From Candidatus Firestoneibacteriota bacterium (GTDB taxonomy: Bacteria > Oederibacteriota > D2-FULL-39-29), in NCBI GenBank assembly GCA_903891415.1, contig CAITEH010000039.1, forward strand, positions 2,766-66,765: 64,000 bases of DNA, written 5' to 3'. Below are positions 1 through 9,645 of this stretch, in pieces (the stretch's first letter is position 1; each line of letters starts with the position of its first letter). The notes under the pieces were generated by a model, which did no database searches, was not told where the DNA came from, and worked only from the letters and a program-made list of their open reading frames with translations. The position numbers were made by a program, and so were the translations under genes.

Positions 1-108
1 CGGCCACCTGGTAAGGCATAATCCGGAGAAACTGTCCAAAATAATACTGCGGCTCACCCTGTAGCAAAACTTTTCTTGAAAGCTTGGTTATTATTTTAAA
101 GAGATAAG

Positions 109-153
109 GCCTGTAAGGTCTATGAGGTTCTTAAGGTCCATAAAGTCAAGTTC
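109..153. repeat. Intergenic 9-bp-periodic repeat, locus A (units gcctgtaag / gtctatgag / gttcttaag / gtccataaa / gtcaagttc). It belongs to the same family as the loci at 2406 and 28784.
   Basis: Read directly: tandem about 9-nt units with consensus GTC(C/T)NTAAG, upstream of the phosphohexomutase start at 252. Confidence 0.5.
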
Positions 154-251
154 ATGGCAGGATATCTTCTGCTAATTCCGAACCGGTTTAAATGTCATAT
201 GCTCAAGTCCCAGTTACCGGAGGCAGAAATATTTTTTGAAAAGGAGAAATA

Positions 252-1628
252 ATGAATACTGAAAAAACAACTTTAATGAAAGGTGTATCCGGGGTAAGAG
301 GCGTTGTGGGCGAAACTTTGACCCCTGAACTTATATCCCGCCTCGGAACGGCATTTGGGACCTATCTGAACGGCGGCCGGGTCGTTATCGCCAGGGACAC
401 GCGGGTTTCCGGTATTATGTTAAAATATTCGGTCCTCGGCGGGCTGCTTTCCACCGGCTGCGAAGTAATAGACCTGGATATTGTACCGACTCCGACCTGC
501 TCTCTGATGGTAAGAGAACTTAAAGCTCAAGGCGCGATAATTATTACCGGCTCGCATAATCCCGTGGAATGGAATGCTTTGAAATTTTTAAAAAACGGGG
601 GCCTTTTTATTAACGCAGAAGAAAGCAAGCGTTTGTTCGATATTTTTGACCGGGGCAATTTTAAGAAAGTACGCTGGAACGGACTGCGCACGGTAAAAGA
701 AGACTCTTCCGGCCTGGCAAAACACCTTAAGGCCCTACTCGCGAATATTGACGTAAAATTAATAAGAAAACAGAAATTCAAGGTTGTGATTGACAGCTGT
801 AACGGGGCCGGCTCAATTGTTACCCCCCTCCTGTTAAAAGAACTCGGCTGCAAAGTTTTTCCGCTAGACTGCGTGCCCAACGGGCTTTTCCCGCATAACC
901 CGGAACCTATCTATGTAAACTTGCGGGAGCTTTGCGGGAAAGTAAAAGCGGTAGGGGCTGACGCGGGCTTTGCCCAGGATTCGGACGCCGACAGGCTGGC
1001 TATAGTGGACGCGGACGGAAGCTATATCGGTGAGGAGTATTCCGTTTCACTTGCCGCTGATTACTTATTAAAAAATACCAGGAACGCGGCTGTTGTAGTG
1101 AATATGTCCACCTCCATGGCTATGGATGACATCGCAAAAAGACACGGAGCCAGGCTTATCCGTACGAAGGTCGGAGAAGTACATGTGGCCGAGCGCATGT
1201 TGAAAGAAAAAGCGCTTATCGGAGGCGAGGGTAACGGCGGGGTCATGTGGCCAAAAATTCATCCTGTCAGGGATTCACTGGCGGGTATAGCCCTGACCCT
1301 TCAAAATATGGCGGATAATAAAAAGAGCCTGAAAAAACTGGCCGGTGAAATCCCCCGATACTTTCTTGTGAAGGAGAAGATAATCTGCACCCCTGAAAAT
1401 ATCCTGCCCGTTATGGCCGGCGTTAAAAAGATATACGCGAAAGATAAAGTAGAGACCGTGGACGGCATAACTATCACCCGGAATGGCGTCAGAATGAGCA
1501 TAAGGCCGTCAAATACCGAGCCGATCCTGAGGATCTTTGTGGAATCAAAGGACTTGAAAATATCCGAAACTATCGCCCTGGATTTAAAAATAGTTCTGGC
1601 GGGGCTGATAAAACGCTCAGGAAATTAA
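252..1628 (+). CDS. Phosphohexomutase (phosphoglucosamine mutase / phosphomannomutase family)
   Basis: 458 aa ORF. The TGSHNP active-site phosphoserine motif of alpha-D-phosphohexomutases is present, with an N-terminal GVRG block. ATG at 252 is preceded by aaaaggagaaataATG (RBS). Confidence 0.85.
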   Translation: MNTEKTTLMKGVSGVRGVVGETLTPELISRLGTAFGTYLNGGRVVIARDTRVSGIMLKYSVLGGLLSTGCEVIDLDIVPTPTCSLMVRELKAQGAIIITGSHNPVEWNALKFLKNGGLFINAEESKRLFDIFDRGNFKKVRWNGLRTVKEDSSGLAKHLKALLANIDVKLIRKQKFKVVIDSCNGAGSIVTPLLLKELGCKVFPLDCVPNGLFPHNPEPIYVNLRELCGKVKAVGADAGFAQDSDADRLAIVDADGSYIGEEYSVSLAADYLLKNTRNAAVVVNMSTSMAMDDIAKRHGARLIRTKVGEVHVAERMLKEKALIGGEGNGGVMWPKIHPVRDSLAGIALTLQNMADNKKSLKKLAGEIPRYFLVKEKIICTPENILPVMAGVKKIYAKDKVETVDGITITRNGVRMSIRPSNTEPILRIFVESKDLKISETIALDLKIVLAGLIKRSGN

Positions 1629-2024
1629 GGCAGCAACGGCCACAACGTGCCGGGGCGAAACCGAATAATCACAGACTATTTTTTTTATGCCTTTTTTTTG
1701 GGCAATCGCTTTTATTTTTCCTGATAACTCTATCTCCGCTTTCCTGCCTTTCAATTTAACGCGAACATCATGGAAGTTAGAAGGGCTGTTCCACCCCGTT
1801 CCCAGGGCCTTCAGTACTGCTTCTTTTAACGCAAAAGCTGTTGAGAAATACAAGCATTCCCCCGCGGGCCTTTTAAATTTTTCCGCCTTGGTAGAACGGA
1901 ATATTCTTTTTAAGAAAACCACGGAATTTTTCCGTGCAAGCGCCGCTTTCATCCTTTTTTTCTCGAATATGTCTATGCCTATGCCCTTAAGATGCAATTT
2001 TTCCGCCTCATGTGAAAAAACCAC
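1617..2024 (-). CDS. acpS: Holo-[acyl-carrier-protein] synthase (4'-phosphopantetheinyl transferase AcpS)
   Basis: GIGIDI motif and FALKEAVLKALG block. The track start is GTG at 2024 inside a terminator hairpin. The true start is probably TTG at about 1997, giving ...MHLKGIGIDI. The 3' end converges on and overlaps the + gene. Confidence 0.8.
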   Translation of the reverse strand: MVFSHEAEKLHLKGIGIDIFEKKRMKAALARKNSVVFLKRIFRSTKAEKFKRPAGECLYFSTAFALKEAVLKALGTGWNSPSNFHDVRVKLKGRKAEIELSGKIKAIAQKKGIKKIVCDYSVSPRHVVAVAALIS

Positions 2025-2049
2025 CCCGAAACATCCGGACTCGAGGTGG
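2015..2049 (-). terminator. Hairpin (CCACC...GGTGG) plus U6 immediately after cspA. It is also T-rich on the + side, so possibly bidirectional.
   Basis: Inverted repeat ccacc / ggtgg at 2021-2025 and 2045-2049. The minus strand is followed by TTTTTT (plus 2015-2020 aaaaaa). The plus strand is followed by a T7 run at 2054-2060. Confidence 0.45.
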
Positions 2050-2084
2050 TCAGATTTTTTTAGCTTAGCAGCTCTATTACTAGC

Positions 2085-2288
2085 TTACAACTTGACGATA
2101 TTTACGGCTTGCGGGCCCTTGGCTCCCTGGGTAACCTCAAATTTTACTTCCTGGCCGGCTGTCAGGGTCTTAAAGCCGTCTCCCTGGATCGCGGAATAGT
2201 GTGCAAAAACATCGCCGCCGCCTTCCTGCTCGATGAAACCATAGCCCTTTGCTTCGTTGAACCATTTTACCTTTCCTTTCACTTCCAT
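2085..2288 (-). CDS. cspA: Cold-shock protein (CspA family)
   Basis: 67 aa. [16 protein letters not shown] and VFAHYSAI are RNP1/RNP2 cold-shock domain motifs. RBS aaggagg sits upstream. Confidence 0.95.
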   Translation of the reverse strand: MEVKGKVKWFNEAKGYGFIEQEGGGDVFAHYSAIQGDGFKTLTAGQEVKFEVTQGAKGPQAVNIVKL

Positions 2289-2361
2289 TTTGTTCGTCCT
2301 CCTTGAAAATTGTCCCCGCTAAAAACCGGAGACCGTTAATATTTAACATCGAAACACTGAA

Positions 2362-2391
2362 ATTTTATCACAACAATTTACTTTTTGTCAA
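2362..2391 (-). promoter_or_regulatory. Sigma70-type promoter for cspA: TTGACA, 17 bp spacer, GATAAAAT
   Basis: Minus-strand read: TTGACAaaaagtaaattgttgtgATAAAAT. The -35 TTGACA is at 2386-2391 and the -10 at 2362-2368, with a 17-nt spacer and a leader of about 75 nt to the cspA ATG. Confidence 0.5.
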
Positions 2392-2405
2392 ATATTAAAA
2401 GCTAT

Positions 2406-2444
2406 GTCTATAAAGTCTAAAAGTCCATAACGTCCGTAAGGTCT
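2406..2444. repeat. Intergenic 9-bp-periodic repeat, locus B (gtctataaa gtctaaaa gtccataac gtccgtaag gtct)
   Basis: Read directly. It matches the unit order of locus C nearly exactly. It lies between the stop of the 2465..3031 gene and the cspA -35. Confidence 0.55.
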
Positions 2445-2464
2445 CACACTACCGTTACTTTAGT

Positions 2465-3031
2465 TCAGTAGCCGTTAAATATTATTTCGGCAGAGGACAT
2501 TTTGCAATAAAATTTATATTCTTCTTTTTGGGATTTCCCTCCCTGAAAAACCAGGTCAAGGCCGTTCCATATGGAAAACCAGCCGGCAGGTTCAAGAATT
2601 ACAAGCGCGACCGCGGCAAGCATTGAATCTTTAAAATAAAAACGCGCCCCCGCCGCGCCGGCGGTAAGTAAAAGCCCTAAAATAGTTATTAGCACTCCCT
2701 TTCTATATATAACTTTTCTTTCTTTTTTCAGTAAGCGGGCGTGTTTTTCAAAATGCGCGTGCAGGCGCTTGATGATCAATTGTTCTTTGCTATGGTCCCG
2801 CAGCGCTTCCGGGATCATAAACCTGAGCGAAAGGCCGGAAACTTTTTCCCGGGCCGCTCTTTTGGCTTCCAGCAGAAAATCAAAAGAAAGAACACGGAGA
2901 TCATAGGTCCGCGGATCAAAATCGGAAAAAATATCATCATAGGTGTCCAGCACCAGAGAGATCTCGGATTCATCCACAAGCCTGTTTCTTTTTTCAGCCG
3001 GCTGCTGCGGCATTTTATTAAGCGTTTCCAT
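2465..3031 (-). CDS. Hypothetical protein with two C-terminal predicted transmembrane helices, translationally coupled to the cysteine desulfurase
   Basis: 188 aa ORF. It overlaps the iscS/nifS stop by 14 nt. Hydrophobic stretches run at about aa 113-131 and 140-160. No recognisable family. Confidence 0.5.
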   Translation of the reverse strand: METLNKMPQQPAEKRNRLVDESEISLVLDTYDDIFSDFDPRTYDLRVLSFDFLLEAKRAAREKVSGLSLRFMIPEALRDHSKEQLIIKRLHAHFEKHARLLKKERKVIYRKGVLITILGLLLTAGAAGARFYFKDSMLAAVALVILEPAGWFSIWNGLDLVFQGGKSQKEEYKFYCKMSSAEIIFNGY

Positions 3032-4214
3032 TTTTTCCGGGTTTATAAAGCGGGGAGAGTTTCCTTAACCGCTGGACGACCTCCGGCATTTTTGTGAGTA
3101 CAACATCTACATCCTCTTCAGAAGTAAATTTGCCCAGTGAAAACCTTACAGAACCGTGTGAATTTTCTGCCGTTACACCCAGAGCCGTGAGCACATGCGA
3201 CGGTTCAAGAGAACCGGAAGTGCAGGCCGAACCGGTGGAAGCACAGATCCCTTCCAGGTCCAAATTAAGGATAATGGACTCACCTTCTATGTATTTTACC
3301 GAAATATTCACGTTGTTTGGCAGCCGTTTTTCCGCGTGGCCGTTCAGGAGGACCCCCGGGATCTTTTTAAAGAATCCCGCAATAAGCTTTTCGCGCAGCG
3401 CGGTAAGACGTATGCGCTCCGCGGCCATTTCTTTTTGGGCGATCTTACAAGCCCGGGCAAAACCAACTATACCCGCGACATTTTCAGTACCGGCGCGCCT
3501 TTTCTTTTCTTGTTCGCCTCCATGGAGTAATTGCGCCAGCTTCACCCCTTTTCTAAAATACAGCGCTCCGACACCTTTGGGCCCGTAGAGTTTGTGCGAC
3601 GAAACTGAAAGCAGGTCTATATTCATTTGCTCAACATTGATAGGGAGGATTCCGAACGCCTGTACGGCATCCGTATGAAAATAGACCTTATGTTCCCTTG
3701 CTACCCTTCCTATTTCGGTTACCGGCTGAAGCACACCTATCTCATTATTGGCCATCATAATGGATATGAGAATGGTCTTACCGGTGATCGCTTTTTTTAC
3801 GTCTTCAGGGTCAACTAAACCCTCCCTGTCCACCGGCAGGTAAGTGACCGTAAAGCCTTCTTTTTCAAGGAAATGACAGGGTTCCAGCACGGCATGATGC
3901 TCTGTTTTACAGGTTATGATGTGGTTGCCTTTTGCTCTATTCGCGTAGGCCACCCCTTTTATGGCATGATTGTCGGATTCCGTACCCCCGCCGGTGAAAA
4001 TAGTTTCCGCTTGATATGCCCCGAGCATACCGGCAAAAACCTCTCTTGCCTCTTCAACCGCTTTTCTTGCCTCTCTTCCAAAAGAATAAATTGTGGAAGC
4101 ATTGCCGAATTTCTCCGTAAAATAAGGCAGCATGGCCTTGACCACCTCCGGATGAACCGGTGTAGTGGCGGAATAATCCATATAGATGCGTTTCATGATC
4201 TTCTTCTTCTCCAA
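3018..4214 (-). CDS. Cysteine desulfurase (NifS/IscS family, PLP-dependent)
   Basis: 398 aa with the SSHKLYGPKGVGALY PLP-lysine motif. The C-terminal SxxCxxG active-site Cys loop of class I desulfurases (GICASTGSACTSGS) is present. Confidence 0.9.
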   Translation of the reverse strand: MEKKKIMKRIYMDYSATTPVHPEVVKAMLPYFTEKFGNASTIYSFGREARKAVEEAREVFAGMLGAYQAETIFTGGGTESDNHAIKGVAYANRAKGNHIITCKTEHHAVLEPCHFLEKEGFTVTYLPVDREGLVDPEDVKKAITGKTILISIMMANNEIGVLQPVTEIGRVAREHKVYFHTDAVQAFGILPINVEQMNIDLLSVSSHKLYGPKGVGALYFRKGVKLAQLLHGGEQEKKRRAGTENVAGIVGFARACKIAQKEMAAERIRLTALREKLIAGFFKKIPGVLLNGHAEKRLPNNVNISVKYIEGESIILNLDLEGICASTGSACTSGSLEPSHVLTALGVTAENSHGSVRFSLGKFTSEEDVDVVLTKMPEVVQRLRKLSPLYKPGKNGNA

Positions 4215-4280
4215 TATTTTATAAGTGCTAGGTGATAGTTGCCAGGTCCTGGGTCCTGGATGCTGGGGGGGGTACAGGGC

Positions 4281-5984
4281 TCAGGAATTTTCTTTCAGCA
4301 GTTCCTTCGCGTGAGCGACCGCGGCCTTATTGTCCGCTCCTCCAAGCATTCTGGCAAATTCCTTTATCCTTTTTTCTTTGTCCAGTTTATTAATGTTTAT
4401 CACGGTCTTACCGTTTTTTTCGCTTTTTTCAATATATATGTGGCATCCGGCCTGCGCCGCGATCTGGGGTAAATGAGTGATACAGATAACCTGTCTGGTC
4501 CTGCCGGCTTCCGCCATTTTTTCCCCGGCAACATTCCCCATATTGCCGCCTATCCCCGTGTCAATTTCGTCAAAAACAAGAGTGCCTACCTTGTCTTCCT
4601 GCCCTATTATAACCTTTAAAGTAAGCATGATCCGCGACATTTCTCCGCCGGAAGCAATTTTACTCAAGGGTTTTGGTTCTTCTCCCGTATTGGAAGATAT
4701 CAAAAATTGCACGCGGTCAAGCCCCTGTCCCGTCAAAACGTATTTTTTCCCGTCCTGTTCAAAAAGCCCGTTTTCATTTTCCTCGCGGCAAAACTCTGTT
4801 TTGAACACGGTCTTGGCCATACCCAGGTCCGCAAGCCCGGCTATAACCCTTTTTTCAAGGCCGCGGGCGGCTTCTTTCCTCTTACCGGAAAGTGCTTCCG
4901 CTTTTTTGCAGGTTTGCGCTTTAAGTTTGTTCAATTCCGCTTCTACCTTCTCTATTTCTTCCTCATTTTGAATGATAGCCTGCAATTCGGCCTTTTGTTT
5001 TTCGTAAAAATCGAGTATCTCCCTGACGGTGGCTCCGTACTTTTTCTTAAGTTTAAGTAAAATATCCCGCCGGTCCTCGACGCTCTCAAGGCGCTTGGGA
5101 TCAAAATCCATCTTTTCCCTGTAAGAGGATATTGTCTCAGCTTCGTCGCGAAGCTCCAGAACTATGTTTTTTACTGCTTCAAGGGTTTTTACCAGAGACG
5201 GATCTATCAGCGCCAGCTGTTCAAGTATTTTCCGGGTATCCTCAAGCGCGGCAAGCGCCGAGATAGTATTTTCGTCCCCGTTTATCAGTGCGTAGATCTT
5301 ATTTACGTGTTCTGCAACTTTTTCAGAATTGACAAGTATATTTCTCAGCCGGTCCAGTTCTTCCTCCTCCCCCGGCTTGAGTTCGGCGTTCTCTATTTCT
5401 TTGATGGCATATTGCAGCATCTCCAGCCTGCGCTGTTTTTCCTGCTCGCTCATAACCAGTGAAGCCCGCTTTTCCTCCAGCAGGCACAGTTCCCGGTAAC
5501 ACTGTCCGTACCTTTCGCGTTCGGGCCCCAGCTTGCCAAAAGTATCAAGAAGTTCCAGTTGATTTCTGGTATTAAGAAGCGCCTGGTGTTCATGCTGGCC
5601 GTGAATATCCGCCAGATATTCCGAGATATTTTTAAGGGTACCCACGGTGACCATGCTATTATTAATATAACAGCGTCCTTTTCCGTTCCTGCTTAGCTCC
5701 CTTTTGATTATTAACTCGTCGGCATCTTCTATACCGGCTTCTCTTAACCGGGCTTTGACTTCAGGGCTTATCCTGTCAAAAAAGGCCTCAACTTCGGCAG
5801 TTTCACTGCCGGACCTGATAAGTTCCGAAGAAGCCCTCTCTCCAAGCGAGGCATTTAAGGAGTTTATTACTATGGATTTTCCGGCGCCGGTCTCGCCGGT
5901 CATAACATTGAAACCGGGTTCAAAAAATATCTCCGCCCGGTCAATAATGGCGAAATTTTTTATCCTTACTTCCCTTAAAGCCAT
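4281..5984 (-). CDS. recN: DNA repair protein RecN
   Basis: 567 aa with an N-terminal Walker A (GETGAGKS), coiled-coil middle and C-terminal SMC-like signature. Confidence 0.9.
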   Translation of the reverse strand: MALREVRIKNFAIIDRAEIFFEPGFNVMTGETGAGKSIVINSLNASLGERASSELIRSGSETAEVEAFFDRISPEVKARLREAGIEDADELIIKRELSRNGKGRCYINNSMVTVGTLKNISEYLADIHGQHEHQALLNTRNQLELLDTFGKLGPERERYGQCYRELCLLEEKRASLVMSEQEKQRRLEMLQYAIKEIENAELKPGEEEELDRLRNILVNSEKVAEHVNKIYALINGDENTISALAALEDTRKILEQLALIDPSLVKTLEAVKNIVLELRDEAETISSYREKMDFDPKRLESVEDRRDILLKLKKKYGATVREILDFYEKQKAELQAIIQNEEEIEKVEAELNKLKAQTCKKAEALSGKRKEAARGLEKRVIAGLADLGMAKTVFKTEFCREENENGLFEQDGKKYVLTGQGLDRVQFLISSNTGEEPKPLSKIASGGEMSRIMLTLKVIIGQEDKVGTLVFDEIDTGIGGNMGNVAGEKMAEAGRTRQVICITHLPQIAAQAGCHIYIEKSEKNGKTVININKLDKEKRIKEFARMLGGADNKAAVAHAKELLKENS

Positions 5985-5988
5985 TAAG

Positions 5989-6828
5989 CTATCTCCAGTT
6001 GAGTTTTTCTCTTAAGATCCCGTAAAAACTGTTTTTCCCGGGCAGGATCAATTTTACGGGCTGCGCGGCCTTCTTCACTACCAGCAGATTTTTACCGCCC
6101 AGCAGGCATTCTACCTGGCCGTCAGCTATTACTTTAACCTCTTTTTGGCCCTTGCCGCTGACAAATATCTTTATTACGCTGTCTGCCGGCAGGATAATAG
6201 GACGGTTGGACATGGTATGAGGACAGACCGGGGTAACAATTATTCCGTCCAGTCCGGGATTTACTATCGGGCCTCCCGCGGAAAGTGAATACGCCGTTGA
6301 ACCTGTAGGGGTGGAAATAATAATACCGTCAGAACGGTAGGTATTCAGATATTCCTCGTTTACATGGACATCCAGGGTGATCAGACGGCCCCGTATACCG
6401 GAAACAACAATATCATTAAGAGACCGGAGTTTTTTTATCCTGCCCCCGGAAACTTCAACCTCGGACTCAAGAGCCATACGGTTATCAATTTCGTATTCTC
6501 CTCCGAATATTTTTGTAAGAGTTTTTTTCATATCCTGCAGTTTTATATCCGCGAGAAAACCAAGCCGGCCTGCGTTAATGCCGACAAAAGGAGTACCGGT
6601 GGGCCCGGCTTCCCTGACAAGTTCGAGCAGAGTCCCGTCCCCGCCCAGAGCTATATAAAGGTCTATAGTTTTTTTTTGTTTTTTTGAAGCTTGCACGCCC
6701 AGTATCCCGGCCGCCGAGGCGTCCAGGAGGACTGCCATACCCCGGCTCTTAAGCCATTTTACCAGCACTTGCGTCCGCTTTTTCATATCAGGTTTTCTTG
6801 CATTGATCTTTAGAAAAACCGTTTCCAT
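5989..6828 (-). CDS. nadK: NAD kinase
   Basis: GGDGTLL and NAGRLGFL motifs. 279 aa. Confidence 0.9.
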   Translation of the reverse strand: METVFLKINARKPDMKKRTQVLVKWLKSRGMAVLLDASAAGILGVQASKKQKKTIDLYIALGGDGTLLELVREAGPTGTPFVGINAGRLGFLADIKLQDMKKTLTKIFGGEYEIDNRMALESEVEVSGGRIKKLRSLNDIVVSGIRGRLITLDVHVNEEYLNTYRSDGIIISTPTGSTAYSLSAGGPIVNPGLDGIIVTPVCPHTMSNRPIILPADSVIKIFVSGKGQKEVKVIADGQVECLLGGKNLLVVKKAAQPVKLILPGKNSFYGILREKLNWR

Positions 6829-6830
6829 TT

Positions 6831-8678
6831 TCAGCCCCTTACCGCTTCTTTTATGCTCTCTTTTGAGAGCCCGTATTTTTCAAGCAGTATTTTTCTGCTG
6901 CCCTGTTCAATAAATTTATCCGGCAAACCGAGACGGCGCACCTCAACTTTTATTCCGGCCCTGTTATAATACTCCAGGACCAGGCTGCCAAAACCGCCGG
7001 CAATAAGGTTTTCTTCAACTATAACCAGTTTTTTATACTTTTTTGCCAGCTCCCGGAGCAGCAGGGTATCAAGAGGTTTTATGAACCTGGCATTTACCAG
7101 CCCGGCCTCAATACCTTCTTTTTTTAGTTCCTCCGCCGCTTCCAGCGCCTCCACCAGCAGGGCTCCTGCCGAAATAATGCAGACGTTTTTGCCTTTTCTG
7201 ACAACAGCAGAACGTCCAAAAATAACTTTGCCGCCGCCTATCCTCGGGATAGAAACCTCGCCGCGGGGATATCTTACCGCAACAGGGCAGTTAAGCTTAA
7301 AAGCCATTTCCAGCATTTCTTTGAACTCCGCTTCATCCGCGGGAGACATGAGCTTAACATTTGGAATATGGCTTAAAAATGATATATCAAATATCCCCTG
7401 ATGCGTTTCCCCGTCATCTCCTACTATTCCGGAACGGTCGATAGCGAAGACCACCGGAAGCACCGGCAGCGCCACGTCATGGACAATTGAATCATAGGCT
7501 CTTTGCAAAAAGGTCGAATAGATCGCTACTACAGGTTTCAGGCCGCCCGCGGCAAGCCCCGCGGCAAAAGTTACGGCGTGTCCTTCCGCAATACCGACAT
7601 CAAAGAACCTTCCGGGATATTTATCCTGGAACTTATCAAGCCCGGTTCCCGAGGGCATGGCGGCGGTTATCGCCACCACTTTTTTATCCTTCGCGGCAAT
7701 TTTTAACAGGCTTTCCGAAAAGGCGCCGGTAAAGGTCTTGCCTTTTTTTGAATTAACTTCCCCGCTTTCAATTTCAAAGGCAGGAGTCCCGTGAAAAGAG
7801 GACGGATCCTCCTCCGCGTGCCTGTACCCTTTGCCCTTTTTGGTCACCACGTGCACCAAGACGGGTTCTTTAAAACGTTTTATACTTTCAAAGGTCTCCA
7901 GCAGCTGTTTAAGATCATGCCCGTCTATCGGCCCCACATATTTAAAACCCAATTCTTCGAACATGATACCGGGAGATATTATACCTTTAAGGCTTTCTTC
8001 GAGGACCTTGGCTATGCGCATGACCGGCAGGCCGAAGATCTCCCTTTTGGAAATAAAATTTTTGGCTTTTTCTTTCACATTGTTATAGAATTTGCCGGTA
8101 ATTATCCGGTTCAGATGCGCGGACAGCGCGCCGACATTTGGAGCGATGGACATTTCGTTATCATTTAATATTACCACGAGATCTTTTTTCAGATGGCCCG
8201 CGTTATTAATACCCTCAAAAGACATCCCGTTGGATAAACTGGCATCACCCGTAACCGCCAGAACCTTGAAATTCTCCTTTCTGAGATCCCGGGCAACAGC
8301 AAGGCCCAGGGCCGCGGAAATTGAAGTACCGCTATGCCCGGTATTAAAGGCATCATGCCGGCTCTCCTGCCGTTTGGGAAAACCGGAAAGGCCTTTGTAC
8401 TGCCGCAGGGTAGGGAACATTTTTTTTCTGCCGGTAAGTATCTTGTGGACATACGACTGGTGCCCCACATCCCAGACGATCCTGTCTTTGGGGCTGTTAA
8501 AAACATAGTGCAGCGCGATCGTAAGTTCGGTCACGCCCAGATTTGAGGCAAGATGCCCTCCCGTTTTTGAAACCACAGAAACTATCAAGCTGCGGATCTC
8601 TTCCGCAAGTTCCTCCAGCTCAGAAATTTTCAGTTTTTTTATGTCTTTAGGGTAATTAACCCTGTCAAGAACTGCCAT
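6831..8678 (-). CDS. dxs: 1-deoxy-D-xylulose-5-phosphate synthase
   Basis: 615 aa with a TPP-binding GDG...N motif. Conserved ispA-dxs synteny. Confidence 0.95.
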   Translation of the reverse strand: MAVLDRVNYPKDIKKLKISELEELAEEIRSLIVSVVSKTGGHLASNLGVTELTIALHYVFNSPKDRIVWDVGHQSYVHKILTGRKKMFPTLRQYKGLSGFPKRQESRHDAFNTGHSGTSISAALGLAVARDLRKENFKVLAVTGDASLSNGMSFEGINNAGHLKKDLVVILNDNEMSIAPNVGALSAHLNRIITGKFYNNVKEKAKNFISKREIFGLPVMRIAKVLEESLKGIISPGIMFEELGFKYVGPIDGHDLKQLLETFESIKRFKEPVLVHVVTKKGKGYRHAEEDPSSFHGTPAFEIESGEVNSKKGKTFTGAFSESLLKIAAKDKKVVAITAAMPSGTGLDKFQDKYPGRFFDVGIAEGHAVTFAAGLAAGGLKPVVAIYSTFLQRAYDSIVHDVALPVLPVVFAIDRSGIVGDDGETHQGIFDISFLSHIPNVKLMSPADEAEFKEMLEMAFKLNCPVAVRYPRGEVSIPRIGGGKVIFGRSAVVRKGKNVCIISAGALLVEALEAAEELKKEGIEAGLVNARFIKPLDTLLLRELAKKYKKLVIVEENLIAGGFGSLVLEYYNRAGIKVEVRRLGLPDKFIEQGSRKILLEKYGLSKESIKEAVRG

Positions 8679-8679
8679 T

Positions 8680-9585
8680 TTAAGCGTCTCTCTCCTTTAA
8701 ATACTCTATAAGAGCGTTTAAAGCTCCGGCTTTCTTGCCGAATACTTTTATTGCCAGCCTTGCTTTTTCAGAAAGGAGTTCTACCTCCGCTCTGGATTGT
8801 TCCAGGCCGTAGAGCCCCGGATAGGTAACTTTTTTCCTCGCGGCATCCGAACCGACAGCTTTGCCCAGTTTACGGGCGTCGCCGGTAACGTTCAGAATAT
8901 CATCAACTATCTGGAACACCAGGCCTATATGCTCGCCGTAACTTTTCAAGGCCGCAAACTGCCTTTTTGAAGCATCACAAAGCACCGCTCCGGAAAGTAT
9001 GGACGCCCTGATCAGCGCGCCTGTTTTGTGCGTATGAATATACTGGAGTACCGGCTCGCTTATTTTTTTATTTTCAGAAAGAACATCAACCACCTGCCCG
9101 CCGACCATTCCATGCGTGCCCGCGCCTTCGGCTATCAGTTGTAAAGCCCGGAGCACGCTTTTCGGCTTTACTCCCTTCACTTCGCTGTTTTTTTCTATTA
9201 ATTCAAAGGCCAGCGTGAGCAGCCCGTCGCCCCCGAGTACCGCGATATTCTCGCCATAAACCTTATGATTTGTAAGTTTTCCGCGCCTGTAAGAGTCATC
9301 ATCCATACAGGGCAGATCATCATGGATAAGCGAATAGGTATGGATCAGCTCCAGCGCGCACGCAGTCGGCATGACCCGCTCGGCTCTATAGCCCAGCGCC
9401 TCTGCAGCCATGATAACAAGCACGGGCCGTATTCTTTTTCCGCCCGCAAACACCGAATATCTCATGGCTTGATTTATTATGGAAGGATATTCTTCCTTCG
9501 GCGGCATTAGCTTATCCAGCGCCCGGTCAACCAGCGCGCATCTGTTCACTAAATATTTTTTAAGATCCATGGCATCCTTTTTCAT
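8680..9585 (-). CDS. ispA: Polyprenyl diphosphate synthase (farnesyl/geranylgeranyl diphosphate synthase)
   Basis: Both aspartate-rich motifs are present: LIHDDLPCMDDDSYRRG and FQIVDDILN. Confidence 0.9.
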   Translation of the reverse strand: MKKDAMDLKKYLVNRCALVDRALDKLMPPKEEYPSIINQAMRYSVFAGGKRIRPVLVIMAAEALGYRAERVMPTACALELIHTYSLIHDDLPCMDDDSYRRGKLTNHKVYGENIAVLGGDGLLTLAFELIEKNSEVKGVKPKSVLRALQLIAEGAGTHGMVGGQVVDVLSENKKISEPVLQYIHTHKTGALIRASILSGAVLCDASKRQFAALKSYGEHIGLVFQIVDDILNVTGDARKLGKAVGSDAARKKVTYPGLYGLEQSRAEVELLSEKARLAIKVFGKKAGALNALIEYLKERDA

Positions 9586-9645
9586 TTTCCCGCTATGATT
9601 TTTGTAACTCTCCGGGCTTACACGGGGAGTTTCTTTGGCCTGAGG

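Noticed and set aside
1687-2199. 170-aa + strand ORF, plus many other antisense ORFs in the track (e.g. 33395..34078 +, 35872..36420 +, 56332..57192 +, 39783..40241 +, 8092..8508 +)
   Set aside because: They lie entirely antisense to strongly supported genes (acpS/cspA, infB, nusA, dprA, smc). They have low-complexity or repetitive translations with no family resemblance and no RBS. They are shadows of the coding strand.
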